From: a virus | Length of the DNA stretch: 36,601 nucleotides | Virus genome (UHGV): UHGV-2204638 | Reading direction: 5' to 3' (one strand) | In this document: piece after piece, positions 8,232 through 16,555 of the stretch | How positions within the stretch are numbered: the stretch's first letter is position 1 | Layout: every line of letters begins with the position of its first letter | Translations under genes and position numbers: made by a program | The notes under the pieces: model-generated | What the model was told of the DNA's origin: nothing | The model's database searches: none | What the model saw: the letters and a program-made list of their open reading frames with translations, nothing else

Positions 8232-8918
8232 TTACCAAGTGCGCGATGACCAGAATACTCTACCTATAACGTGAATTCTTGAACGCCTATCTTCGAAGGT
8301 GAGTATTTCATCTGGATACTCATCTTTATTGAAACTTCTTAGAATCAGACCACCGTCAGGTAAATTGATCAATATTTTAACTCTAAGTAATACGCCATCA
8401 CGTATGGCATAAAGATCCCCATCACGAATAGGAACCGTTTGGGAAACATCAACAGCAACAAAATCTCCATTGTTAAGTACAGGTAGTAAACTATTGCCCC
8501 AAATTTTTACGATCTTTGCATTGGAGACACATACACCAGCTTTTCTTAAATCAATCCTTCTTAGCGGGAACCAGTCTACAGTTGATTCAACTATTTCAGC
8601 CAAACATCCATTACCCGCTGATAACTCGACATCTAGGACTGGAATGTTTGCAAAAATGTCAGGATCTAATGCTGTACTTTCAGCCTCCTTTACAACAAGG
8701 TCTGGGAAAGACGCGTTATCCTCAATGCCCAATTGCAACCACTTTTGAGAAACCCCTAACACTTTAGCAATCTCTTTAATTTTCCGAGGCTGTTGAGTTT
8801 CTCCATTCTCGATTTTCGCTACGGATTGTTGTGAAAGCCCAATTTTTTCAGCTAGTTGCGCCTGACTCATTCCTGCTTTTTCTCTTTCGCTTTTTAGTCT
8901 TTCTGCCAATGTTTTCAC
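8232..8918 (-). CDS. cI: cI-type prophage repressor (HTH-XRE N-terminus, S24 LexA-like peptidase C-terminus)
   Basis: QAQLAEKIGLSQQSVAKIENG is an XRE HTH; the C-terminal domain has the autocleavage-type serine and lysine context. Uses a GTG start with GAGGGGG upstream; divergent from the cro-like gene. Confidence 0.9.
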   Translation of the reverse strand: MKTLAERLKSEREKAGMSQAQLAEKIGLSQQSVAKIENGETQQPRKIKEIAKVLGVSQKWLQLGIEDNASFPDLVVKEAESTALDPDIFANIPVLDVELSAGNGCLAEIVESTVDWFPLRRIDLRKAGVCVSNAKIVKIWGNSLLPVLNNGDFVAVDVSQTVPIRDGDLYAIRDGVLLRVKILINLPDGGLILRSFNKDEYPDEILTFEDRRSRIHVIGRVFWSSRTW

Positions 8919-8944
8919 AACATATCCCCCTCGTTTTTATTGAG

Positions 8945-9040
8945 GTTACAACTTTATGTTTTAGCTTTCCAACATCTAAAAGTTGTGATAAAAGTTGTTG
9001 TAGTTGTATAATCGAAGTTATCAACAACTTTACTACTTAC
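8945..9040. promoter_or_regulatory. OR-like operator cluster with pR-like promoter
   Basis: Repeated ACAACTTT / AAAGTTGT half-sites and AAGTTATCAACAACTT. TTGTGA (8983..8988), 18-nt spacer, TATAAT (9007..9012), then RBS and cro ATG at 9056. Confidence 0.5.
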
Positions 9041-9055
9041 AGATAGGAGAAAGCT

Positions 9056-9304
9056 ATGACACCTGAGCAATTAGCCTTATCAGAGGCAATCGCTCTGGCT
9101 GGTGGTCAATCAGAATTGGCTCGGAAGCTCACAGCCAGCAGTGGTCGTTTAGTAAAGCAACAACATGTCTGGAACTGGTTGAACAGAGAAAAGCGTCCCC
9201 CTGCAAAACTCTCGATATTTATTGAAATGACCACTGGCGTATCAAAAGAAAAATTACGTCCAGATATTTTTCAAAAGATTAAAGACTTATCAGATGGAAA
9301 GTAA
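9056..9304 (+). CDS. Cro-like HTH regulator (YdaS-type)
   Basis: 82 aa; position divergent from cI; LALSEAIALAGGQSELARKL HTH; AGGAGA RBS. Confidence 0.75.
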   Translation: MTPEQLALSEAIALAGGQSELARKLTASSGRLVKQQHVWNWLNREKRPPAKLSIFIEMTTGVSKEKLRPDIFQKIKDLSDGK

Positions 9305-9326
9305 CCACAGTTTTAAGGAGATAGCC

Positions 9327-9878
9327 GTGGGTAAGCATCACTGGAAAGTAGAAAAACAGCCTGAGTGGTACGTGAAAGCTGTCAGAAAAACTATCGCGGC
9401 GTTGCCGGGTGGTTACGCTGAAGCTGCTGACTGGCTGGATGTAACAGAGAACGCATTATTTAACCGCCTTCGTGCCGATGGCGATCAGATTTTCCCGCTG
9501 GGATTGGCAATGGTTTTGCAACGTGCTGGTGGAACTCACTTCATTGCTGACGCTGTGGCGCAGTCTGCAAATGGCGTCTTTGTGTCTCTTCCTGACGTCG
9601 AGGATGTGGACAACGCCGATATTAACAAGCGCCTGCTGGAAGTCATTGAACAGATTGGCAGTTATTCCAGACAGATTCGTTCGGCAATCGAAGACGGTGT
9701 GGTGGAACCGCATGAGAAGACAGCAATTAACGACGAGCTGTATCTCTCAATTTCGAAGCTGCAGGAGCATGCAGCACTGGTCTACAAAATCTTTTGCATT
9801 TCAGAAAGTAATGACGCCCGCGAGTGTGCAGCTCCGGGCGCCGTGGCGTGTCGTGACTGTGGAGAAACTAACGCATGA
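9327..9878 (+). CDS. YdaT-like / CII-family regulatory protein
   Basis: Position after cro; resembles Rac YdaT-type proteins (from memory). Start chosen at the GTG at 9327 with AAGGAG 7 nt upstream; the track ORF starts at the ATG at 9294 with no RBS. Confidence 0.6.
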   Translation: MGKHHWKVEKQPEWYVKAVRKTIAALPGGYAEAADWLDVTENALFNRLRADGDQIFPLGLAMVLQRAGGTHFIADAVAQSANGVFVSLPDVEDVDNADINKRLLEVIEQIGSYSRQIRSAIEDGVVEPHEKTAINDELYLSISKLQEHAALVYKIFCISESNDARECAAPGAVACRDCGETNA

Positions 9879-10213
9879 ACAGTTTAACAACACACTACCG
9901 TCGCTCGCAACTGATTGCGCTTCCTGTACCGGGTGGAAAAGCGAAGGTGGAGTATTGCTATGCAGTGAATGTACCAGGTGACAGGGAAATTGTAACCCAC
10001 AGCTTTGCCGAGTGGGCTGTGGGTGATTTCAACCGGCAGAAGGAGACAGTCCTTTGCAACAAGTTAACCGCTGGTTCAAAGATCACTACTGAGTGCCCGT
10101 CAGAGTCATTCGTTGGGAGCCGGAAACACAACGTGTTATCTACCTCCGTGAAGGCTATGAGCATGAATGCTTCAGTCCGCTCGAACAGTTTCGTCGTAAA
10201 TTCAGGGAAATAG
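9875..10213 (+). CDS. Hypothetical protein, possible frame disruption
   Basis: 112-aa ORF; its last ~25 aa look non-protein-like while an overlapping frame (10093..10233) reads [35 protein letters not shown]. Confidence 0.3.
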   Translation: MNSLTTHYRRSQLIALPVPGGKAKVEYCYAVNVPGDREIVTHSFAEWAVGDFNRQKETVLCNKLTAGSKITTECPSESFVGSRKHNVLSTSVKAMSMNASVRSNSFVVNSGK

Positions 10214-10222
10214 GGGTCGGTC

Positions 10223-11164
10223 ATGAGCACTAAATTAACCGGCTATGTATGGGATGGTTGTGCAGCGTCAGGTATGAAATTATCCAGCGTGGCAATTATG
10301 GCCCGCCTGGCTGATTTCAGTAATGACGAAGGTATGTGCTGGCCATCAATTGAAACCATTGCCCGCCAGATTGGCGCGGGGATGAGCACCGTCAGAACGG
10401 CTATCGCACGGCTGGAAGCAGAAGGCTGGTTAACGCGTAAGGCGCGTCGCCAGGGTAACCGCAATGCGTCGAATGTTTATCAGCTTAACGTTGCGAAGCT
10501 TCAGGCAGCGGCATTTTCTCAACTGTCAGATTCTGACCCGTCAAAATCTGACGCATCAAAATCTGACCCGTCAAAATTTGATGCGTCGAAATCTGGCAAA
10601 AAATCGGGTTTTCACCCGTCAGAATCTGGCGGGGATCCGTCAGTAAAATCAAAACATGATCCGTCAGATAAAAAACCTTCTCGTCCGGACGCTTCGCAAC
10701 CGGACACGCAGACGGCTGAACAGGATTTTTTAACTTGCCATCCTGATGCGGTTGTATTCAGCCCTAAAAAGCGCCAGTGGGGAACGCAGGATGATTTGAC
10801 CTGCGCACAGTGGCTCTGGAAAAAAATCATCGCCCTGTACGAGCAGGCTGCCGAATGTGACGGCGAGGTGGTTCGTCCCAAAGAACCGAACTGGACAGCC
10901 TGGGCAAACGAAATTCGCCTGATGTGTGTGCAGGATGGTCGTACTCACAAACAAATCTGCGAGATGTACAGCCGCGTCAGCCGCGATCCGTTCTGGTGCC
11001 GTAACGTGCTCAGCCCGTCGAAGCTGCGGGAAAAATGGGATGAGCTTTCCCTGCGCTTATCGCCGTCCGTCAGCACGTACACAGAAAAACGCGAAGACCC
11101 GTACTTCAAAGCCAGTTACGACAATGTGGACTACAGCCAGATCCCGGCAGGATTCAGGGGGTGA
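10223..11164 (+). CDS. Phage replication initiation protein (O-like, N-terminal wHTH)
   Basis: 313 aa; N-terminal winged-helix domain typical of phage initiators; an internal array of direct repeats encodes a low-complexity S/D/K/P linker. Confidence 0.65.
   Translation: MSTKLTGYVWDGCAASGMKLSSVAIMARLADFSNDEGMCWPSIETIARQIGAGMSTVRTAIARLEAEGWLTRKARRQGNRNASNVYQLNVAKLQAAAFSQLSDSDPSKSDASKSDPSKFDASKSGKKSGFHPSESGGDPSVKSKHDPSDKKPSRPDASQPDTQTAEQDFLTCHPDAVVFSPKKRQWGTQDDLTCAQWLWKKIIALYEQAAECDGEVVRPKEPNWTAWANEIRLMCVQDGRTHKQICEMYSRVSRDPFWCRNVLSPSKLREKWDELSLRLSPSVSTYTEKREDPYFKASYDNVDYSQIPAGFRG
10525..10670. repeat. Iteron-like direct repeats (candidate origin) inside the initiator gene
   Basis: At least six tandem copies of CCGTCA(A/G)AATCTG(A/G)C-like units, followed by an A-rich stretch. 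Confidence 0.55.
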
Positions 11165-11655
11165 GCATGAGTCTTTTGAATGACGTTCAGAAATTCATTG
11201 AAGCCCATCCGGGCTGTACTTCCGGAGACATTGCGGATGCTTTTGCAGGTTACTCACGGCAGCGCGTTCTGCAGTCAGCAAGCAAGTTACGTCAGAGTGG
11301 TCGTGTGGCTCACCGTTGTGAAGGAGATACACACAGACATTTCCAGCGCCTGACTGAGAGAGCGCAGGATCCGGAACCACAACCAGTTCGTGAAACCAGA
11401 CCTGTGCGCAATTTCTATGTCGGCACTAACGACCCGCGGGTGATTTTGTGCCTGACCCGCCAGGCGGAAGAACTGGAGTCCAGGGGCTTATACCGTCGTG
11501 CTGCAACGGTGTGGATGGCGGCATTCCGTGAAAGCCACTCCCAGCCAGAACGAAACAATTTTCTGGCGCGTCGTGAACGGTGTTTACGGAAAAGCAGTAA
11601 GCGGGCTGCATCAGGTGAAGAGTGGTATCTGTCAGGGAATTACGTGGGGGCTTAA
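11161..11655 (+). CDS. Putative PerC-family regulator with N-terminal wHTH
   Basis: EELESRGLYRRAATVWMAAF resembles the PerC/Pch conserved core (from memory); occupies the position after the initiator. Confidence 0.4.
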   Translation: MSMSLLNDVQKFIEAHPGCTSGDIADAFAGYSRQRVLQSASKLRQSGRVAHRCEGDTHRHFQRLTERAQDPEPQPVRETRPVRNFYVGTNDPRVILCLTRQAEELESRGLYRRAATVWMAAFRESHSQPERNNFLARRERCLRKSSKRAASGEEWYLSGNYVGA

Positions 11656-12308
11656 TGAGTAATAAATATTGCCAGGCGCTGGTGGAACTGCGGAACAAAC
11701 CAGCCCATGAACTGAAGGAAGTGGGCGATCAGTGGCGCACGCCGGACAACATTTTCTGGGGAATTAACACCCTGTTTGGCCCGTTTGTTCTGGATCTGTT
11801 CACTGACGGTGATAACGCCAAATGTGCCGCGTATTACACGGCGGAAGACAACGCGCTGGCGCATGACTGGTCAAAACGTCTTGCGGAGCTTAAAGGGGCT
11901 GCCTTTGGTAATCCCCCATACAGCCGCGCCAGTCAGCATGAGGGGCAATACATCACCGGCATGCGTTACATCATGAAACATGCCAGTGCCATGCGTGATA
12001 AGGGCGGGCGCTATGTTTTCCTGATCAAAGCTGCCACCAGCGAAGTGTGGTGGCCGGAAGATGCGGATCATATTGCTTTTATTCGCGGGCGTATTGGTTT
12101 TGAACTGCCTGCCTGGTTTATCCCGAAGGACGATAAGCAGGTGCCGACAGGCGCTTTCTTCGCTGGCGCTATTGCTGTTTTCGACAAGACCTGGAAGGGA
12201 CCGGCAATCAGCTACATCGGGCGTGATGAACTTGAGGCATGTGGTGAGGCGTTTCTGGCGCAGGTTCGCCAGCAGGCGGAAAAACTGGTCAGGGAGATGG
12301 CGGCATGA
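11655..12308 (+). CDS. Phage Dam-type N6-adenine DNA methyltransferase (orphan)
   Basis: NPPYS catalytic motif. Start chosen at the ATG at 11655, which overlaps the upstream stop as TAATG; the track ORF starts at 11622. No restriction-enzyme partner is adjacent. Confidence 0.8.
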   Translation: MSNKYCQALVELRNKPAHELKEVGDQWRTPDNIFWGINTLFGPFVLDLFTDGDNAKCAAYYTAEDNALAHDWSKRLAELKGAAFGNPPYSRASQHEGQYITGMRYIMKHASAMRDKGGRYVFLIKAATSEVWWPEDADHIAFIRGRIGFELPAWFIPKDDKQVPTGAFFAGAIAVFDKTWKGPAISYIGRDELEACGEAFLAQVRQQAEKLVREMAA

Positions 12309-12631
12309 CGACGTTAACTCAATGCCAGCAGCAGGTGCTGGATATGCTGATTTCTTACCAGAAAGAACGTGGCTTCCCGCCAACCAATCAGGAGGTGGCA
12401 ACCATGCTGGGATACCGTTCAGTGAATGCAGCGGTGGAGCATCTTCGCGCACTGGAGAAAAAAGGCGTCATCACGATAAAGCGTGGCGTGGCCCGGGGGA
12501 TCACGCTTCATACCGCAGTGAAGGACGACGACAGCGAAGCGGTCGGTATCATCCGCGCACTGCTTGCCGGTGAGGAGAACGCCAGGTTGCGTGCAGCCCA
12601 CTGGTTACATGAGAGGGGCTTGAAAGTATGA
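12305..12631 (+). CDS. LexA N-terminal-domain-like DNA-binding protein without peptidase domain
   Basis: 108 aa; QQQVLDMLISYQKERGFPPTNQEVATMLGYRSVNAAVEHLRALEKKGVI resembles the LexA winged-helix domain. Confidence 0.55.
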   Translation: MTTLTQCQQQVLDMLISYQKERGFPPTNQEVATMLGYRSVNAAVEHLRALEKKGVITIKRGVARGITLHTAVKDDDSEAVGIIRALLAGEENARLRAAHWLHERGLKV

Positions 12632-13017
12632 AGTTGATCCTTCCTTTCCCGCCCAGTGTGAACACGTACTGGCGACACCCCAACAAAGGGGCATTTGCTG
12701 GTAAGAGCCTGATAAGCGAGGCGGGGCGAAAATTCCAGAGCGCAGCGTGTGCAGCCATCATTGAGCAGTTACGTCGTCTGCCGAAACCAACGTCGGCACC
12801 AGCTTCAGTGGAGATCGTGTTGTTTCCTCCGGATAACCGGCTTCGCGATCTGGACAACTATAACAAGGCGCTGTTTGACGCCCTGACCCACGCGGGTGTG
12901 TGGGTGGACGACAGCCAGGTGAAAAGAATGCTGGTGGAGTGGGGGCCGGTTATCCCGGAAGGGAAGGTCGAAATCACTATCAGTAAGTACGAGAAAACGG
13001 CGGGTGCAGCCGCCTGA
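12628..13017 (+). CDS. rusA: RusA Holliday-junction resolvase
   Basis: PPSVNTYW and DLDNYNKALFDAL match RusA-family motifs. Confidence 0.85.
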   Translation: MKLILPFPPSVNTYWRHPNKGAFAGKSLISEAGRKFQSAACAAIIEQLRRLPKPTSAPASVEIVLFPPDNRLRDLDNYNKALFDALTHAGVWVDDSQVKRMLVEWGPVIPEGKVEITISKYEKTAGAAA

Positions 13018-13036
13018 TTAAGAGGAGAAACGAAGT

Positions 13037-13846
13037 ATGAATAATCTGATGGTTATTGATGGTATTGAAGTTCGTCGTGATGCTTATGGGCGTTACAGCC
13101 TGAACGATCTGCATCGCGCAGCAGTAGCATCTGGTGCAAATGCCAGAACCAAGGAGCCAGGAAAGTTTCTTTCCAGCCAACAAACTGTTGAGCTTGTTCA
13201 TGAATTAACCAACACCCAGAATTTGGGTGTTGACCCGGTGAGTGTGATTCATGGGGGAAATGAACGGGGAACGTATGTCTGTAAGGAACTGGTGTATGCC
13301 TATGCAATGTGGATCAGCCCGTCATTCCATCTGAAGGTGATCCGTACTTTCGATATGGTAACCAGCGCACCGGAAAAATTATCCGGACAGGCTGCTGACA
13401 AGATGCAGGCTGGCGTGATTCTGCTGGACTTTATGCGCCGGGAGTTAAATCTGTCTAACTCATCTGTGCTTGGGGCCTGTCAGAAACTCCAGGAGGCTGT
13501 TGGCTTACCGAATCTGGCACCGCGCTATGCCATTGATGCACCTGCTGACGCGCCTGATGGCTCAAGCCGCCCGACGCTGTCGCTGAGTGCACTGCTGAAG
13601 CAGTATGGTATCCGCCTGACGGCTAATCAGGCATATCACCAGATGGTGAAGCTGGGGATCGTCGAGCAGCGCGAACGATACAGCCGTACCGGGATTAACA
13701 ACATCAAAAAATTCTGGTCGCTGACGGCGAAAGGCTGCATGTTCGGCAAGAACATCACCAGTCCCGCAAATCCGCGTGAGACGCAGCCGCATTTCTTCGA
13801 ATCCCGATTCCCTGAGCTGTTAAAGCTGCTCGATACCGTTCATTGA
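13037..13846 (+). CDS. KilA-N domain protein (antirepressor-like)
   Basis: The N-terminal ~100 aa (GRYSLNDLHRA...YAYAMWISPSFHLKVIRTFD) fit the KilA-N domain; strong AGGAG RBS. Confidence 0.7.
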   Translation: MNNLMVIDGIEVRRDAYGRYSLNDLHRAAVASGANARTKEPGKFLSSQQTVELVHELTNTQNLGVDPVSVIHGGNERGTYVCKELVYAYAMWISPSFHLKVIRTFDMVTSAPEKLSGQAADKMQAGVILLDFMRRELNLSNSSVLGACQKLQEAVGLPNLAPRYAIDAPADAPDGSSRPTLSLSALLKQYGIRLTANQAYHQMVKLGIVEQRERYSRTGINNIKKFWSLTAKGCMFGKNITSPANPRETQPHFFESRFPELLKLLDTVH

Positions 13847-13847
13847 G

Positions 13848-14843
13848 GTGACCGTGAGAGCACTACTGACCCCTGAAATAGCCCCGCGTATGGGGATTGT
13901 ATTGTTCAGACCAGGTTCAGAGCTGATGCCCCTGTTTATGCAGGGGCGTGTCCTGCTGGAGCCTGAGCCGGAACGTTATTCATCTTTCGCCAGTGGTGCC
14001 GTTCCGGCGGCATCACAACCGCTGGCGGATGATCCTGCCGTTAGGGCCGTGTTCCGCAATGAGGCAGTGATCCGTCGTGCTGGTGGCGTGGAATGTCTTG
14101 AAAGCTGGTTACTTCGTGAAAAAGGCTGCCAGTGGCCTCATTCCGACTGGCACAGCGAGAACATGACCACAATGCGACACGCGCCGGGCGCGATCCGTCT
14201 GTGCTGGCACTGCGATAACCAGCTGCGCGATCAGTTCACGGAACGGCTGGAATCAATGGCAACGGATAACTGTGCCCGCTGGGTGTTGTCTGTAGTCCGT
14301 CTGGATCTCGGTTTTGATGATAACCATGCCGTGACAATGCCGGAACTGTGCTGGTGGCTGATTCGTAATGACCTGGCGGATGCCTTACCGGAAAGTGCAG
14401 CCCGTAAGGCACTGAGATTACCGAAGCCTGTTGTGCCGTCTGTCACCCGGGAAAGTGACCTTGTGCCTTCGGTTCCTGCCACCAGCATCATCCAGGATAA
14501 GGCGAAAAAGGTGCTGGCGCTGAAAGTGGATCCGGAGTCGCCGGAGTCTTTTATGTTACGCCCAAAACGTCGCCGCTGGGTTAATGAAAAGTACACGCGC
14601 TGGGTTAAGACACAGCCGTGTGCATGTTGTGGAAAGCCTGCTGATGATCCCCACCACCTGATAGGCCACGGTCAGGGGGGAATGGGTACAAAAGCGCATG
14701 ACCTCTTTGTGTTGCCTTTGTGCAGAAAGCATCACGACGAGCTGCATGCGGATACCGTGGCATTTGAAGAGAAGTATGGCTCCCAGCTGGAGCTGATATT
14801 TCGTTTTATCGATCGTGCGCTGGCAATAGGCGTGCTGGCCTGA
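13848..14843 (+). CDS. DUF968-like prophage protein with C-terminal Cys/His cluster
   Basis: CACCG...HHLIGHG...H...C..HH..H cluster resembles the DUF968 family found in nin regions (from memory). Confidence 0.5.
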   Translation: MTVRALLTPEIAPRMGIVLFRPGSELMPLFMQGRVLLEPEPERYSSFASGAVPAASQPLADDPAVRAVFRNEAVIRRAGGVECLESWLLREKGCQWPHSDWHSENMTTMRHAPGAIRLCWHCDNQLRDQFTERLESMATDNCARWVLSVVRLDLGFDDNHAVTMPELCWWLIRNDLADALPESAARKALRLPKPVVPSVTRESDLVPSVPATSIIQDKAKKVLALKVDPESPESFMLRPKRRRWVNEKYTRWVKTQPCACCGKPADDPHHLIGHGQGGMGTKAHDLFVLPLCRKHHDELHADTVAFEEKYGSQLELIFRFIDRALAIGVLA

Positions 14844-14860
14844 TTTTGTGGAGAAAGTTG

Positions 14861-15232
14861 ATGCGTGATATTCAAATGGTTCTTGAACGTTGGGGGGCAT
14901 GGGTGGCAAATAATCACGAGGATGTGGAATGGTCATCTGTTGCTGCAGGTTTTAAGGGATTAATTCCTTCGAAAGTAAAATCCCGCCCGCAATGTAGCGA
15001 TGACGATGGCCTGATCATTAGCTCTGCGATGACAGTTCTTAAGAAAAAGGAACCGTATCAATACGAATTACTGGAAATGTATTATGTGTATGGGGTTACA
15101 TTACGGGCGTTGGGGGTAAAACTGGGGATATCACTTAATCAGGTTGTTATCAGACTGCAGAAAGCTGAAGGGTTTATTGACGGTTGTCTGGCAATGTTGG
15201 GGGTATCTTTAGAAATTGATTGTTACATATAG
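14861..15232 (+). CDS. Q: Late-gene antiterminator Q (QuuD-type)
   Basis: MRDIQMVLERWGAW..NNHEDV.WSS.AAGFKGL..SKVKSRPQC is near-identical to the DLP12 QuuD N-terminus as recalled. ATG at 14861; the track ORF begins at a TTG at 14846. Confidence 0.8.
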   Translation: MRDIQMVLERWGAWVANNHEDVEWSSVAAGFKGLIPSKVKSRPQCSDDDGLIISSAMTVLKKKEPYQYELLEMYYVYGVTLRALGVKLGISLNQVVIRLQKAEGFIDGCLAMLGVSLEIDCYI

Positions 15233-15307
15233 TAATAAATTCAATCAAAGTAAATAATCATATTTTATTATAACCTCCTGATGATACCTGTTCATTGGGA
15301 GGTTATT

Positions 15308-15925
15308 ATGGATAAAAATGTAGAGCATGTATTAGTTGATGCAATCGAAAATAAGCAATCTTTAACAGTCGTTTACTTAGGAGGGAGCCAGCCCGGAACA
15401 TTAAGGAATATTTCTCCGATTAGTATAAATGGGGATAAATTGCGGGCAAGATGCCATAGTTCTGGAGCAGTAAAGGTTTTCAATCTTGGGAAAATACAGT
15501 TACCCAGTGACTCCTGCGCGGTATCTATGCACTATGGAGATTTAGAAGTTAAAGCTTATGAGACGATGCAGAGCGTAAATGACAACTTTCATGCCCTTTA
15601 TCCTGAAGGACGATGGGGTGTTGATTTTAATGAGCATCGCTTTGCTTTATTTGATTTTTTTAAAAACGGGAAACGAAAAAAAACGGCATTTATGGCAATT
15701 GAGTTCAGGGAAAGAGATGAAGAGAAAATAATAACAGGTGTAACAATTGATATTGGTATATCTGGAACAGTGATTTCTGAGAAGTCCCGAATCCCAAAAA
15801 GACGACCATGGGTAGTGGTTGGTCCCGAACACGGAGAATACAGTACTTATTCAACTTTGGACAAGGCTGCTACAGCGTTTTTTGAGAGGCTTTCGTTGAT
15901 AGCATCCGGCCTGGAAGATAATTGA
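15308..15925 (+). CDS. Unknown cargo (moron) protein, 205 aa, on an AT-rich island
   Basis: GGGAGG RBS 5 nt before the ATG at 15308; about 35% GC against ~52% in flanking phage genes; its own terminator lies downstream. The N-terminal region has a WYL/SH3-like beta-rich pattern; this is speculative. Confidence 0.6.
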   Translation: MDKNVEHVLVDAIENKQSLTVVYLGGSQPGTLRNISPISINGDKLRARCHSSGAVKVFNLGKIQLPSDSCAVSMHYGDLEVKAYETMQSVNDNFHALYPEGRWGVDFNEHRFALFDFFKNGKRKKTAFMAIEFRERDEEKIITGVTIDIGISGTVISEKSRIPKRRPWVVVGPEHGEYSTYSTLDKAATAFFERLSLIASGLEDN

Positions 15926-16054
15926 TTTTATGTTTGGTATTCAGAGTTCGCCGTGCTTAAGAAAGTCAAGATTCTAAAAATACTGAATGAGCTACTTGTG
16001 TTATAACAAAAATGCTATTAGTGTGTTAAGAGTGGTTACTTCGCCACACAACTT

Positions 16055-16080
16055 AAACCCGCCACTGAGCGGGTTTTTTG
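16055..16080 (+). terminator. Rho-independent terminator
   Basis: aaacccgc-cactga-gcgggtttttt. Confidence 0.6.
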
Positions 16081-16177
16081 TACCTGTAAACTTGGTGCAG
16101 TACAGTAAACACGCTGGTGGTCGTGAATACTGACTTTTTATCTTGCTGGATTTTTAGACAAGAGTTATTGGTATGTC

Positions 16178-16405
16178 ATGTTAACCAGAAGGGAAAAAGA
16201 CATGCTAAAACAGCAAGATATGACAGAAACCGCCGCCGCAGTCCTTCATTTCTTACCTGCTGACAAGTGGGTAACGCCACGCATGATGACGAGAACTACC
16301 GGAGTAAGCGAAGCCCGGTGCCAGTTAATACTGACTCAGTTAGTTCTGGCGGGTCTGGCGAAGGATAACGGCGGGTACGGGAATAAATTCAGACGCTGCC
16401 AGTAA
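16178..16405 (+). CDS. Small hypothetical protein, possible wHTH
   Basis: 75-aa ORF upstream of the methyltransferase. Confidence 0.35.
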   Translation: MLTRREKDMLKQQDMTETAAAVLHFLPADKWVTPRMMTRTTGVSEARCQLILTQLVLAGLAKDNGGYGNKFRRCQ

Positions 16406-16555
16406 TGGCGGTTTCCTGCTGTGAAAATGGGCGGCTGGTGGGTGTTGGTAGCACCTGCCAGCCATTCGCTCATGCTTACTGGTCACAAGCGAACCACGGC
16501 CCACTGCTTTAGCGCAAAAGCAGAGTGAGCCTACCAGAGTTACGCTTACTGATCC

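Noticed and set aside
9472-9981. 169-aa alternative-frame ORF overlapping the YdaT-like gene
   Set aside because: Cys/Trp/Arg-rich composition and complete overlap with the better-supported regulator frame.
10464-10646. 60-aa ORF (repeating QNLT/RQNL) across the iteron region
   Set aside because: It is an alternate-frame reading of the tandem DNA repeats, not an independent gene.
16406-16555. Possible tRNA between the small ORF and the methyltransferase, as seen downstream of Q in some Stx phages
   Set aside because: I could not fold a cloverleaf with acceptor stem, T-loop or anticodon arm by eye; no tRNA is called.
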